Of a DNA stretch of 64,000 nt, positions 25,904-35,790 are shown piece after piece. A program made the position numbers and the translations under genes. Source of the DNA: Candidatus Eiseniibacteriota bacterium (GTDB taxonomy: Bacteria > Eisenbacteria > RBG-16-71-46 > CAZAMP01); contig OZ245046.1 of assembly GCA_965224245.1 (NCBI GenBank), positions 384,001 to 448,000 of the forward strand, in the 5' to 3' direction. The notes under the pieces are model-generated. The model saw nothing but the letters and a program-made list of their open reading frames with translations. It had not been told where the DNA came from and searched no databases. How positions within the stretch are numbered: the first letter of the stretch is position 1; each line of letters starts with the position of its first letter.

Positions 25904-26632
25904 ATGCACGCCCATCCGCACACCGGTCGACATGCGCGGTCGCTCGCCCTGGTCGGCGCGCTGCACGTGGTCCTCACCGCGGCCGTCGGGTCCGGGTCAG
26001 CCCATGCGGGAGACGTGTCGTACATCATCCGCGGCACGGCGATGGGGGTGTATCACCAGCACATCGACGTCTGGGACGACACCTATGCGGCCATCGAGGA
26101 CGCCGGCGTCACCGTGAACGGGATCGTGATCCCACACGCCGGGGGCGCTCGCTACTCCGGAACGCTCGACGCGGCGCTGGTGCCGGGCGACCCGGTCGAG
26201 CTCGTGGTCGAGATCGGGGCCTCCACGGTGACTGCGACCGACGTCGTCCCCAACACCGCGGTCATCACGGTTCCATCCGATGGTCAGCTGATCCCCTTCG
26301 AGGAGCCGCTCGTCGTGGAGTGGACCTGCGAGAACGATCCCGACCGGTTCATCATAAGCCCCTACCCGTGCGACGGGAACTGCAACACCGACGTGGACGG
26401 CGCCCTCCGGAGCGCCGTGATTCCCACCGACCAGTTTCCCGCCGACGAGCCGGTGCAGATCCGCATCTACTCGTACAACGACGGCACCTACGATGGCCCG
26501 GCGCACGAGAGCTGCGCGATGGCGCTCCGCTACTGGCAGGGCCCGGGTCCGTTCGTCTCGGTGGATCCCGAGACGCCCGCGACCCGGACCTCGTGGACGA
26601 GCGTGAAGGCCCGCCATCGCGACGGCGAGTGA
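25904..26632 (+). CDS. Secreted hypothetical protein with C-terminal SWTSVKARH tail
   Basis: AAGGAG RBS; signal peptide (..GSAHA/GD); ends TPATRTSWTSVKARHRDGE*. Confidence 0.78.
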   Translation: MHAHPHTGRHARSLALVGALHVVLTAAVGSGSAHAGDVSYIIRGTAMGVYHQHIDVWDDTYAAIEDAGVTVNGIVIPHAGGARYSGTLDAALVPGDPVELVVEIGASTVTATDVVPNTAVITVPSDGQLIPFEEPLVVEWTCENDPDRFIISPYPCDGNCNTDVDGALRSAVIPTDQFPADEPVQIRIYSYNDGTYDGPAHESCAMALRYWQGPGPFVSVDPETPATRTSWTSVKARHRDGE

Positions 26633-26689
26633 GCCCGTCGGTCCCGCGGCCCCGTCGGCGCCGGGCGAGGCACGCGGCCCCGCGCAGCG

Positions 26690-26977
26690 TCACCCTCCGG
26701 AGATGGCCTGATGAATCAGGATGCCGTCTCCGTCGCGCAGCTCGGTGGTCATGACGTCGCGGCGGGGCAGACACGCATCGTTGAGGATGCACAGGATGTG
26801 CGGTCGCAGCTCGCCCGAATCCTGGAGCAGGTGATGGCGCAGCGCCGGCGCCTCGGCGAACGCGGCCTCCAGCGCCTCGCGAATGGTACGTCCCGTCAGA
26901 TCGAACCGGTGGCGTCCGGCCACGGCCGTCAGGAGCGAAGGTAGCTCCAGCGTCACCGACGGGACGCCCGCGCGCAT
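26690..26977 (-). CDS. MoaD/ThiS family ubiquitin-like protein
   Basis: 95 aa beta-grasp pattern ending AISGG*; TGATG overlap with the upstream gene. Confidence 0.88.
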   Translation of the reverse strand: MRAGVPSVTLELPSLLTAVAGRHRFDLTGRTIREALEAAFAEAPALRHHLLQDSGELRPHILCILNDACLPRRDVMTTELRDGDGILIHQAISGG

Positions 26978-28098
26978 CACACCACCGCCGCCGAGACCGA
27001 GTTCACCGGCGGCAGGTACTCCGAGATCGCCGACCAGCTGGCGCCGGCGTCGGCGCTGGCGAACACCTGGCCCCCGCCGGTGCCGAAGTAGATGCCGCAG
27101 GGGTCGTACGCGTCGGACGTCATCGCCTGTCGCAGCACGCTCACGTAGGCGTTCTTCTGGGGAAGCCCTTTCGAGAGCTTCTTCCATCCACGGCCGTTGC
27201 TCCTGGGCCGGTACACGTTGAGCGCACCGTCGGTGGCGCGAAACGCGTATCCTTCGGGCTGCAGGGGGATCACGTAGCACGCGTCCGGATCGTTTCGATC
27301 GAGCGCGAGTCCGAAGCCGAAGTCGTATGGGAGTCCGTCGTCGATTCGCTGCCACGTGTCGCCGTGGTCATCGGACCGGTAGACGCCGACGTGATTCTGC
27401 TGGAACAGCCGTCCCCGCTCGGTGGGATGGGCGAGCAGCTTGTGCACGCACGTTCCGACGGTGGTCTCCTCCGGGGCCCCGGTGTACTTGGCGACCGCGG
27501 AGTTGATCGGTCTCCAGCGCTTGCCGCCGTCGTCGGTACGGAACGAGCCCGCGGCGGAGATCGCCACGTACATGCGCATGGGATCGTGCGGGTCGACCTG
27601 GATGCTGTGCAGGCTCTGTCCGCCTGCCCCCGGCGACCAGTCCTTGCGGCTGGAGTGGCGATTGATGGCGGTCACCGGCTCCCAGCCCTTGCCGCCGTCG
27701 TCGCTGCGGAAGAGCCCCGCCGGGGCCGTGCCGGCGTAGAGCACCTTCTTCTCCTTCGCCGGACCCGGCTCGATCAACCACAGCCGCTTGGTCATGTCGA
27801 GCCCGTACTGCCGGGCGAACTTCCGGGCCTTGGGGTTGAGATCCGGCGCCACCGGCGGATGCTCGGACGCGCGGAGCTTGTCCCCGGAGATCGGCCCCGA
27901 GAACGCGTTCGACGCGAAGCTGAAGTTCTCGGCCGCCACGTGCAGTCGCGGCGTCCCGCGCGTGTCGATCATGGCGTGGTGAACCGTCCAGCCCTTCATG
28001 AAGGGGCCCCGTGTGGTCCAGCGCCGCCGCTGTCGGTTGGATTCGAGGAGAAACAGACCTCGCTTGGTTCCCACGCAGAGAATCAACTTGTCCGCCAT
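26977..28098 (-). CDS. BNR/Asp-box (sialidase-like) beta-propeller protein, cytoplasmic
   Basis: VGTKRGLF N-terminus; Asp-boxes SDDGGKGW, TDDGGKRW, SDDHGDTW, SADAGASW; CVHK and QQNH motifs. Confidence 0.88.
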   Translation of the reverse strand: MADKLILCVGTKRGLFLLESNRQRRRWTTRGPFMKGWTVHHAMIDTRGTPRLHVAAENFSFASNAFSGPISGDKLRASEHPPVAPDLNPKARKFARQYGLDMTKRLWLIEPGPAKEKKVLYAGTAPAGLFRSDDGGKGWEPVTAINRHSSRKDWSPGAGGQSLHSIQVDPHDPMRMYVAISAAGSFRTDDGGKRWRPINSAVAKYTGAPEETTVGTCVHKLLAHPTERGRLFQQNHVGVYRSDDHGDTWQRIDDGLPYDFGFGLALDRNDPDACYVIPLQPEGYAFRATDGALNVYRPRSNGRGWKKLSKGLPQKNAYVSVLRQAMTSDAYDPCGIYFGTGGGQVFASADAGASWSAISEYLPPVNSVSAAVV

Positions 28099-28297
28099 TC
28101 GCAACCTTCCTCGCCACGACCGAAGTCGCCAAGAACGTGTGGGTGGGCTCGAGAACCGTGAGCGCGCGAGGCGCGCGGCGAGTCGGAAGTGTCCGATGTC
28201 GCCGCGCGCGATGCAACCGCCGCGCCACTCACCACCGCGTACCCCGAGCCGGGGACGCCGAGCAGGCGAGGTGAGAGTGCCGACTGTATACATGCCA

Positions 28298-28337
28298 CCG
28301 GTCCGCCGCGGTGGACCGGACGACCGCGGCGGACCGG
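28298..28337 (-). terminator. 15-bp perfect GC-rich hairpin downstream of the 28343-29989 gene
   Basis: CCGGTCCGCCGCGGT-10 nt-ACCGCGGCGGACCGG. Confidence 0.6.
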
Positions 28338-28342
28338 CCGGT

Positions 28343-29989
28343 TCAGTGCAGCCGAACCACGCGTGTGACGCGGGACACGCCGTCGACGACGGCGCGGGCG
28401 AAGTAGGTGCCGGGCGCGACCGGGTTGCCGTCGCCGTCCCGACCGTCCCAGCCGACGCGATCGAGCGCGGCCGGCGACGTCAGGCGCCGCACCACGCGAC
28501 CGCCCACGTCCAGGATCGTCACGTCACCACTCGCGCCGGGGACGTGGATCTGGACGAGGCTGCGGAACGGGTTCGGCTCCACCCGGAGGCCGAGCATGCT
28601 CGAGCCGGAGGTGGGATCACCCGCGGCCAGAAGATCTCCCAGCGTGCCGTCGGACAGGATCTTCTTCGCGTGGACGTCGACGTTCGTGGCACTGATGGGG
28701 CGCTCGAACACGATGATGCTCGCGTCGTCGGTGGTCTCGCAGATCTGGGGTGCCACGTACGCCGAGAGTGACGACGTGGAGACGACCTCGCCGCCCGGCG
28801 TCCACTGCTCCACGCCCGCCGCGTCGTACGTCTGAGCCATGAAGACCGCGTTGAGCGAGGGCCACGTGATCACGGCCTCACCGGCGCCGTTGACGCGCAC
28901 CCCGGGGCCGATGCTGGGCAGCCTGGGACCGACCACGACGCCGCCGCCCCAGCCCTGGGCACCCGCCCCCGACACGTGCGACAGCGCGATGACCCAGCTC
29001 CCGGCGCGCGTGTCGGCGTAGCCCACGTAGGCACCACCGCTGCCGTCGGCGGCCACGACCTGGCCGAACTTCGCGTTGGTGACAGGGCCGACCTCGAGAT
29101 CCGCGCCGCCGTTCCACAGCGTCGCTCCGCTGGCGTCGAGGCGCTGGGCCTTCAGATCCAGCCACGTGGAGCTCCAGGTCACGATCACGCCGCCCTGTCC
29201 GTCGGCGACGATCTCCACGTTCGGGTAGTTGGTGCCCGTGGTGCTGATGGTGACGTAGCCCCACTGATCGACACCGGCGGCGTCGATGCGGCGCGCGAGG
29301 ACCGATCCGATGGCGAGGTCGTTGACCACGAGGATGACCCCACCTGCGCCGTCGCTGGCCAGGCGCACGTTCCGCTCGGCGCCCGAGGTCGTGAAGAGCG
29401 CTCGCCCTTCCGCGGCCCACAGGCGATTGCCGTCCAAGTCCACCCGCTGGCCGTAGATGTCCTCCTGGTTGTAGCGACGCGTGTCGTTCCAGGCGATGAA
29501 CGCGCCGCCGGCGGGATCGGTCAGGATCCGCGGCCGGTACTGCTGTCTCAGCTCCTCACAGATCTCGAGGCCGTCGGCGACCCAGAGCTTGTTGCCGGCC
29601 GCATCGAAGCGCTGGCCGTAGACGGCGCCGCTCGCCACGCGGGAGTCGCCCCACACGCAGATGACGCCGCCGGCCCCGTCGCTCGCGATCCGCGGATCGA
29701 ACTGATTGGCGCCACCATCGCCGGCGAGCACGCCGTCGGGGGTCCACATCGCGTCTCCGTCGGCCGAGAGTCGCTGCACGTAGGTTCGATACACGCTGCC
29801 CCGGTAGTCCTCCCAGGCGACGTATGCGCCGCCCGTGCCGTCGGGGATCGTGTGGATCTTCCGCTGGTCCTGGGTGGCGGCGGTCACGACGTTGTCGACC
29901 GCGGGATCGGTCGACCACGTCGCCAGGCTCGGCGTGCTCGCGGCCAGGGAGAGGACCGCCAGGGCGATCGATCGGATCGGGACGGACAT
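28343..29989 (-). CDS. Secreted beta-propeller repeat protein with FlgD-Ig CTD
   Basis: GGAGG RBS; signal peptide; repeats DG.GG....W.D.R...YGQR.D..G...W; EPNPFRS..WDGRD..VAPGTYFAR. Confidence 0.88.
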   Translation of the reverse strand: MSVPIRSIALAVLSLAASTPSLATWSTDPAVDNVVTAATQDQRKIHTIPDGTGGAYVAWEDYRGSVYRTYVQRLSADGDAMWTPDGVLAGDGGANQFDPRIASDGAGGVICVWGDSRVASGAVYGQRFDAAGNKLWVADGLEICEELRQQYRPRILTDPAGGAFIAWNDTRRYNQEDIYGQRVDLDGNRLWAAEGRALFTTSGAERNVRLASDGAGGVILVVNDLAIGSVLARRIDAAGVDQWGYVTISTTGTNYPNVEIVADGQGGVIVTWSSTWLDLKAQRLDASGATLWNGGADLEVGPVTNAKFGQVVAADGSGGAYVGYADTRAGSWVIALSHVSGAGAQGWGGGVVVGPRLPSIGPGVRVNGAGEAVITWPSLNAVFMAQTYDAAGVEQWTPGGEVVSTSSLSAYVAPQICETTDDASIIVFERPISATNVDVHAKKILSDGTLGDLLAAGDPTSGSSMLGLRVEPNPFRSLVQIHVPGASGDVTILDVGGRVVRRLTSPAALDRVGWDGRDGDGNPVAPGTYFARAVVDGVSRVTRVVRLH

Positions 29990-30289
29990 GGTTCCTCCAA
30001 CGAAGGCTGAGACTCATGGCCCGGCTGGGCGAAAGGAGTCGGTCGTGCCTGAAGAACACCTCTAACCCGAGGAACCGCACACCCGATGGCCCGGAAACCC
30101 CGAGTCCGGCTCACGCCGAGCTAGAAGAGTGGAACGGGCACCGGAGACCGCATCGATCCGGGGCAATATCGAGATGTGTTTGGTAGAATGGATACGTTCG
30201 CCGTCCGGGACCGACGAGACCCGGGCCTGTTCTTCGAGTCGGCATCCTCGCCCGTGAGCTTCGCTCGCGTGATCCATCAGGAGTGCTCG

Positions 30290-32443
30290 ATGACGATCTC
30301 CCGCGACGCCGGCAGGATGGCGGCTCTCGGAGTCTGCCTCGCGACGGTCTCGTTGCCGGGCCCGACCGCCGAGGCCGAGTGCCTCTCGTACCGCGACCGA
30401 CTTCACGTCTCCGATCTCGTTCCGACCGGCTACACGCCGGGTGCGCTGGAGCGGGTCGGGACCACACTCTACCAGGCCGACGGTCAGCTGGGGCTCTTCC
30501 TGTTCGACGTCGCCGACCCGAGGCATCCGGTCGCGCTCGGCGCCGCCACGTCGCTCGAGCGGGCCTCGTCGCTCGCGGTCGAGGGAAGTGTGGCGATGGT
30601 CGCCGGACGCCTGGGCGGCGAGTACGGGTTCTTCTTCCTCGACGTGACGGCGCCGACGGCCCCGTCGATCCTCGGGAGCGTGATCTGGACCGACTACACC
30701 TCCAGAGGCGCTCTCTCGGGCGGTCGGGCCTACGGAACCTCCCGCGACGAGCTGATCGTCATGGACGTTGCCGACCCGAGCGCACCGTCGGTGCTGGGCA
30801 CGATCGGTCTCGCCGCAGATGCCAACGCATTCGCCGTGGATGGCGATGTCGCGTACGTCCACGTGGAGGACACCGGGCTTGCGGTGTACGACGTCTCCGA
30901 CCCGTCGTCACCGACCCAGCTCGCGCTCGTCGCGGAGCTGACCTTCGACGCGCGCACCGTGGCGCTCACGGGGGGAAAGCTCTGGGTCATCGATGACCGC
31001 CTCCAGGTCGTGAACGTCGAGGATCCCTCCCACCCGGTGATCGAGGAGACCCTGACGTTCGACGATCCCATCTGGGGAGTCCACGAGGACGGAGCGATCA
31101 GGTACGTCTACGGCGACTACGTCAGCGCGGCGCTCTCCGTCGACGAGGTCACCGGTGCGATCCAGGTGATTGCGTCGTGGGCGAGCCCCACGACGCTGGA
31201 CATGCTCGTCGTCGACGACGTGGCGATCTCCACGGCCCCGCACTATGCGGGGCTGGCGATCACAGACGTGGGCCGACTCGTGGCCGCCGAGCCGATCGCC
31301 AGCTACGGGACGGGCAACCAGAATCGGTACTCGGCCATGCAGTCGCCGTACATCTACAAGTCCGACGCGGACGTGGGCCTTCGTATCATCGACGTCGGCG
31401 ATCCTCTGCATCCGGTCGAGGTGGAGAACGTCCGCGACGTCTCGATCGATGGCTCGGCCGGGGTGGCCGTGGATGGGGACGTGGTGTACCTCGCCGCGGC
31501 GGACGGGATTCACGCGTTCGACGTGACCGATCCCACCGAGCTGCCGCTCCTGTGGTTCTTTCCGTGGTCGAGCAACGTGTTCGATCTGGTCAAGACGGGC
31601 GATCACCTCGTGTTCACGAGCCAGTCGGCGGTGGGGGTGCTGAAGCTCGGCGGTGCCTCGCCGGTGCTCGAGAGCGAGCTCGCCTACGACTGGGCGTGGA
31701 GCCTCACGGTCCACGGGGACTACGTCTACGTGTCGGACACCGCGGGCAGCGTGAAGCAGCTGGTCGTCCTCAAGCGCAACGCGGTCGGCCGGCTGGCGCT
31801 CTGGAACGTGGTGAACCTCGGCGTGATCATCCGCGAGATGGCGATCTCGGGAGACTACGGGTTCTTCGGCGGGCTCGGGGTCATGGACCTCTCCGATCCG
31901 GTCGACCCGTCCATCGTCGCGGGCTGGCCCGACCCCACGTCGTGGCTCTTCGAGGGAAAGGTGCTCCTGCACGACGACGTCGCGTACGTGTCGATGTTCC
32001 GCGACGGTCTCCAGCTGTTCGACGTCCGCGATCCGCTCGCGCCGACACCGATCGGTCGCGCTCGAACGTACCTGGCGGGGGACCTGCACACCGATGGCGA
32101 CTACGTGTTCGTGGCGTGCGAGGATCCGGGCCTCATCGCGTATCCCACGGCCTGCGGCCCGGCGGTCGGCGTCGAGGGGGTCGTCATGCAGATCCCTCCT
32201 CTCGCGTCACCCAATCCTTTCCGGGCACTCACCACGTTTCCGCTGGCAGAGGCGGGGGGGATGCTCGAGATCTTCGACGTGGCGGGCGGCCGTGTCGTGC
32301 GGCTGCGCGCGCCCGTACGGGGAGATCGGGTCACGTGGGACGGTCGCGACTCTGCCGGACGCAACGTGCCGCCGGGAGTCTACTTTGCGCGGGAGCCCCG
32401 AGCCGCCGGTGGACGCACGGTGCGGATCGTCCGGCAGCCGTGA
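30290..32443 (+). CDS. Secreted LVIVD-repeat protein with FlgD-Ig CTD
   Basis: AGGAG RBS; signal peptide then AECLSY; LIVMDVADP repeats; SPNPFR..WDGRD..PPGVYFAR. Confidence 0.87.
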   Translation: MTISRDAGRMAALGVCLATVSLPGPTAEAECLSYRDRLHVSDLVPTGYTPGALERVGTTLYQADGQLGLFLFDVADPRHPVALGAATSLERASSLAVEGSVAMVAGRLGGEYGFFFLDVTAPTAPSILGSVIWTDYTSRGALSGGRAYGTSRDELIVMDVADPSAPSVLGTIGLAADANAFAVDGDVAYVHVEDTGLAVYDVSDPSSPTQLALVAELTFDARTVALTGGKLWVIDDRLQVVNVEDPSHPVIEETLTFDDPIWGVHEDGAIRYVYGDYVSAALSVDEVTGAIQVIASWASPTTLDMLVVDDVAISTAPHYAGLAITDVGRLVAAEPIASYGTGNQNRYSAMQSPYIYKSDADVGLRIIDVGDPLHPVEVENVRDVSIDGSAGVAVDGDVVYLAAADGIHAFDVTDPTELPLLWFFPWSSNVFDLVKTGDHLVFTSQSAVGVLKLGGASPVLESELAYDWAWSLTVHGDYVYVSDTAGSVKQLVVLKRNAVGRLALWNVVNLGVIIREMAISGDYGFFGGLGVMDLSDPVDPSIVAGWPDPTSWLFEGKVLLHDDVAYVSMFRDGLQLFDVRDPLAPTPIGRARTYLAGDLHTDGDYVFVACEDPGLIAYPTACGPAVGVEGVVMQIPPLASPNPFRALTTFPLAEAGGMLEIFDVAGGRVVRLRAPVRGDRVTWDGRDSAGRNVPPGVYFAREPRAAGGRTVRIVRQP

Positions 32444-32507
32444 GTTCCGGCGCCTGCGGTGCCGACCTGCACTCGGGCGGCCGGTCGCGCGGACGCGCGC
32501 CGTGCCC

Positions 32508-34769
32508 TCATCGGAGCACCACGAGTCGACGAACCGAGCGGACTCCATCCACGAGGACGTCCAGGTAGTACACGCCGGCGGCATGGCCCGTGCTTGTCCA
32601 CGTGATCACGTGGCGCCCGCGCGGCAACGGTCCGTCGTGGATCACCTCCACGCGCCGACCGGCAACGTCATGGACACGCGCACGGACATCCCGGGATCGC
32701 TCGAGGCCGATCGCCACGCGCACCCGATCCGACATGGGGCTGGGAGATGCCGGTCCGATGGTGAAGAGGCGCGGTGGATCGAACGCGGGAGGATCCGGAT
32801 CGGTCGGTGTGGCGTCGTCCTCGCACTGGAGGGGTCGCACCTCCACGCGAGTCGGGCTGTTGCCGAGGACGAACAGGAGCTCGTCGGTCAGGCTCACGGC
32901 GGCGGTCACGTAGATCTCGAAGTTGCCGGTGACGGTGGGCGCGATCGGATCGGTGACGTCGAGTACGTGGCAGCGGGCGTAGGCGGTGGTCGGGTTTTTC
33001 TCGGTCACGTAGGCTGTGTGGTCCAGGACGCGGACGCCAATGGCCTCGTCGGGTGTCGGCCACGATGCGACCGGATCGGGCTCGGTCGGGTTCGAGACGT
33101 CGAAGACCAGGAGCCCGCCCAGGACGTCGGCGACGAGGAGATGCACCCCGGAGAGCGCCACGCCGCTGGCCGAGAACGGAACCTCGACGACGTTCAGGAT
33201 CTCGGCGTTCGATGGGGTCTCGACGTCGACGACCAGAACCCCCATCCGGGCGGCCGCCACGTAGGCGATGGATCCCGAGAACGCGAGGTCGGTCACCGGC
33301 TCATCGAGCGCGAGCACCCGGGTCAGGTGCGGATCGGCAGGGGACGTGACGTCGAAGATGTGCAGCTCCCGCGCGCGAGGCGTGTCACGCTCGGCCCCCA
33401 CGTAGAGGTGTGACCCTCGCACGGCGATCACGTCGTATCGTAGCGACGACGATCGCCCGCCGACGACGTGCGGGTCCCCGGGCGAGGCGACGTTCACGAT
33501 CTGGAGTGAGAGGGAGTCCCCGAAGGCCGGGGTCCCGCTCACGAAGGCATGGTCACCCGACACGCGGATGTGTCTCGGTCTCAGATCCAGCGGGGAGTCA
33601 CCGATCGTGACCGGGCTCTCGACGTCGGAAACGTCGACCACCTGGAAGCGGTCGTCGTCGTCTCCGACGAAGGCGAGACGATCACGGACGTCCAGCGCCT
33701 TGGTTCGAAAGGCAAACGTGCCCAGGACCGGCGCCGTGTCGGGTCGGGCGATGGCGATCACGTGTAGTCTCGGCACGTAGACCGGCTCGTACCCCTCGTC
33801 GATCACGTACGCGAACCCGTTCGACACCGCCACCCCCGAGGCCTGATCCGGCACCCAGGTTCCGCCGACGAGCGTCGGCGTCGTCGGGTCGCTGACGTCG
33901 ACCGTCTCGAAGCCGCTCTGAAAGCCGTTGGCGAGGAAGGCGACGTCGCCCTGGACCGCGACGCTCCTGCCCGAGCCCGACTCGAGGTGGCCCAGAAGCG
34001 TCGGCGTCGTCGGGTCGCCGACGTCGATGATGTCGAGGCCGTTCCCCACGACGTAGGCGAGAGATCCCGAGACGACCAGGTCCGCCACAGGCCCCAGGTC
34101 GGTGAGCTCTCCGACGACGATCGGATCGGTCGGCGTGCTCACGTCGACGACGTGGAGGGTCGAGGAGCCGAGGAGATACGCGTACGTCCCCTCGAGTGCG
34201 ACCCGGAACGTCGGGAGGCTGACGGTTTGCACGATGAACGGCGACTCGGGATCCGAGACGTCGACCACCCGGAGTCCCCAGCCACTGTCGGCCACGTACG
34301 CGAACCCGGACGAGACGGCGACGTCGACCGCGTCCCCCGGCGTCGCGACCGACCCCAGGGGTCGGGGATCGCCGGGGTCGGAGAGATCGACGATCTCGAG
34401 GCTGGAGACGTCGGCGACGAACCCGGTGGCGCCATCCAGCGCGAGGCCCGCCGCCCAGCTCGGTGTGTCCAGAGCCGCGAGGATCATGGGGTCGAGCGGG
34501 TCGGAGACGTCCACGACCAGGAGCCCCTCCGGGCCTCCGGCGACGTAGACGGTCTCATCAGCCGCGACCACGTCGAACGGCGCGCCGAGCTCCAGGCTGC
34601 TCACCCAGTGCAGGTAGCTCGCGTAGTCGATGCACTCCGCGACCGCCGATGGCGCGAGCGACCAGAGGATCGACGTGCCCACGATCCACGACCGCGTGAG
34701 CCCGGTGGCCGCGTACGTGCGCGCGAAGGGGATCTCGGGTCGGTACGTGGGGACGAGCGCGCGCATCAC
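32508..34769 (-). CDS. Secreted LVIVD-repeat protein with FlgD-Ig-like CTD
   Basis: Signal peptide then AECIDY; LLVVDVSDP repeats; SPSPM..DVAGRRV..AAGVYYL. Confidence 0.87.
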   Translation of the reverse strand: MMRALVPTYRPEIPFARTYAATGLTRSWIVGTSILWSLAPSAVAECIDYASYLHWVSSLELGAPFDVVAADETVYVAGGPEGLLVVDVSDPLDPMILAALDTPSWAAGLALDGATGFVADVSSLEIVDLSDPGDPRPLGSVATPGDAVDVAVSSGFAYVADSGWGLRVVDVSDPESPFIVQTVSLPTFRVALEGTYAYLLGSSTLHVVDVSTPTDPIVVGELTDLGPVADLVVSGSLAYVVGNGLDIIDVGDPTTPTLLGHLESGSGRSVAVQGDVAFLANGFQSGFETVDVSDPTTPTLVGGTWVPDQASGVAVSNGFAYVIDEGYEPVYVPRLHVIAIARPDTAPVLGTFAFRTKALDVRDRLAFVGDDDDRFQVVDVSDVESPVTIGDSPLDLRPRHIRVSGDHAFVSGTPAFGDSLSLQIVNVASPGDPHVVGGRSSSLRYDVIAVRGSHLYVGAERDTPRARELHIFDVTSPADPHLTRVLALDEPVTDLAFSGSIAYVAAARMGVLVVDVETPSNAEILNVVEVPFSASGVALSGVHLLVADVLGGLLVFDVSNPTEPDPVASWPTPDEAIGVRVLDHTAYVTEKNPTTAYARCHVLDVTDPIAPTVTGNFEIYVTAAVSLTDELLFVLGNSPTRVEVRPLQCEDDATPTDPDPPAFDPPRLFTIGPASPSPMSDRVRVAIGLERSRDVRARVHDVAGRRVEVIHDGPLPRGRHVITWTSTGHAAGVYYLDVLVDGVRSVRRLVVLR

Positions 34770-34848
34770 GGGCTTCAGCCGACGAAGGCGGCCCGGCGGC
34801 CGTTCTTCGCGCCGATGCCACGCACGGCCTCAGGCTCGTGGTGCATGG

Positions 34849-35616
34849 CTAGTCATACAGGCTCCTCAGCCCGCCCCATGTGGTGCGCTCGGTGGGCACC
34901 TCGCGACAGTCGCCGACGTCGATCGTTCCGAAGTACCAGTCGAAGCAGCAGTCGGCACAGCCGTCGAAGCCACAGACCACGACGCCGTCGGTACCCCCGG
35001 GCGACGTGTCTCCCACGCCATACTCGTAGGAGGGGCACAGGCTGAAGATGGCCGCCTGACAGTCGGCGACATCGCAACGCCCGATGCGGGGATCGCACGC
35101 CACCGAGAGCGTCCCGTCGCTTCCAGCATCGACGACGAGGAAGCCGATGCGCGTGAGCCCGTCGGGATTCTCGGTCACCATGCGACATCCGCCGGACCAC
35201 TGCGTCGCGTAGCCGCTGCCGGAGGCGGGCCAGTCGGGCTCGGGAATCTCGGTCCCTCCAGTGCATCCGGTCCACGTGCCGACGGATACCGTAGCCGGAT
35301 AATCGAGCCCGAACTGGATCCCGCCGATACCGCCGGGCGCCCCCGGACCAGATCCGTCGGGCACGCCGTCCACGAGCAGCCACGCATAGTTCGGCTGTCC
35401 GCCCGCGTCCACGAACGACGGCTGGATCGCGTCGCACGAGAGTGCGGCGTCGGCCACCGAGGCCTCGTTGCACCCGGAGTAGCTGGGAAGGGTGAAATGG
35501 ACGTTGATGCTGTACGGAAAGAGATCCCGAGTGCCGCCTCCGGCCACGACGTCGGTCGACGCCAACGACGCGATCGAGGCCAGGGCGACGACCCCGCCGA
35601 ACGAGAGCGTCCTCAT
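34849..35616 (-). CDS. Secreted Cys-rich protein with C-terminal TWGGLRSLY tail
   Basis: AAGGAG RBS; signal peptide; many Cys; ends VPTERTTWGGLRSLYD*. Confidence 0.8.
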   Translation of the reverse strand: MRTLSFGGVVALASIASLASTDVVAGGGTRDLFPYSINVHFTLPSYSGCNEASVADAALSCDAIQPSFVDAGGQPNYAWLLVDGVPDGSGPGAPGGIGGIQFGLDYPATVSVGTWTGCTGGTEIPEPDWPASGSGYATQWSGGCRMVTENPDGLTRIGFLVVDAGSDGTLSVACDPRIGRCDVADCQAAIFSLCPSYEYGVGDTSPGGTDGVVVCGFDGCADCCFDWYFGTIDVGDCREVPTERTTWGGLRSLYD

Positions 35617-35790
35617 CGCGTATCTCCTTCGCGCTGGAGGGAGTGATGTCCCACTCACCAATGATACCGTTCGAATGACCGTGAGGTGAAGGACTGAGCG
35701 AACGTTCACCCGCCGGGCCGGGTGCGAACGAGTGGCGATCCGGGCCGGGATACGACGGTCGCGACGGCGCGTCTCGATCGCACCTCTCGT

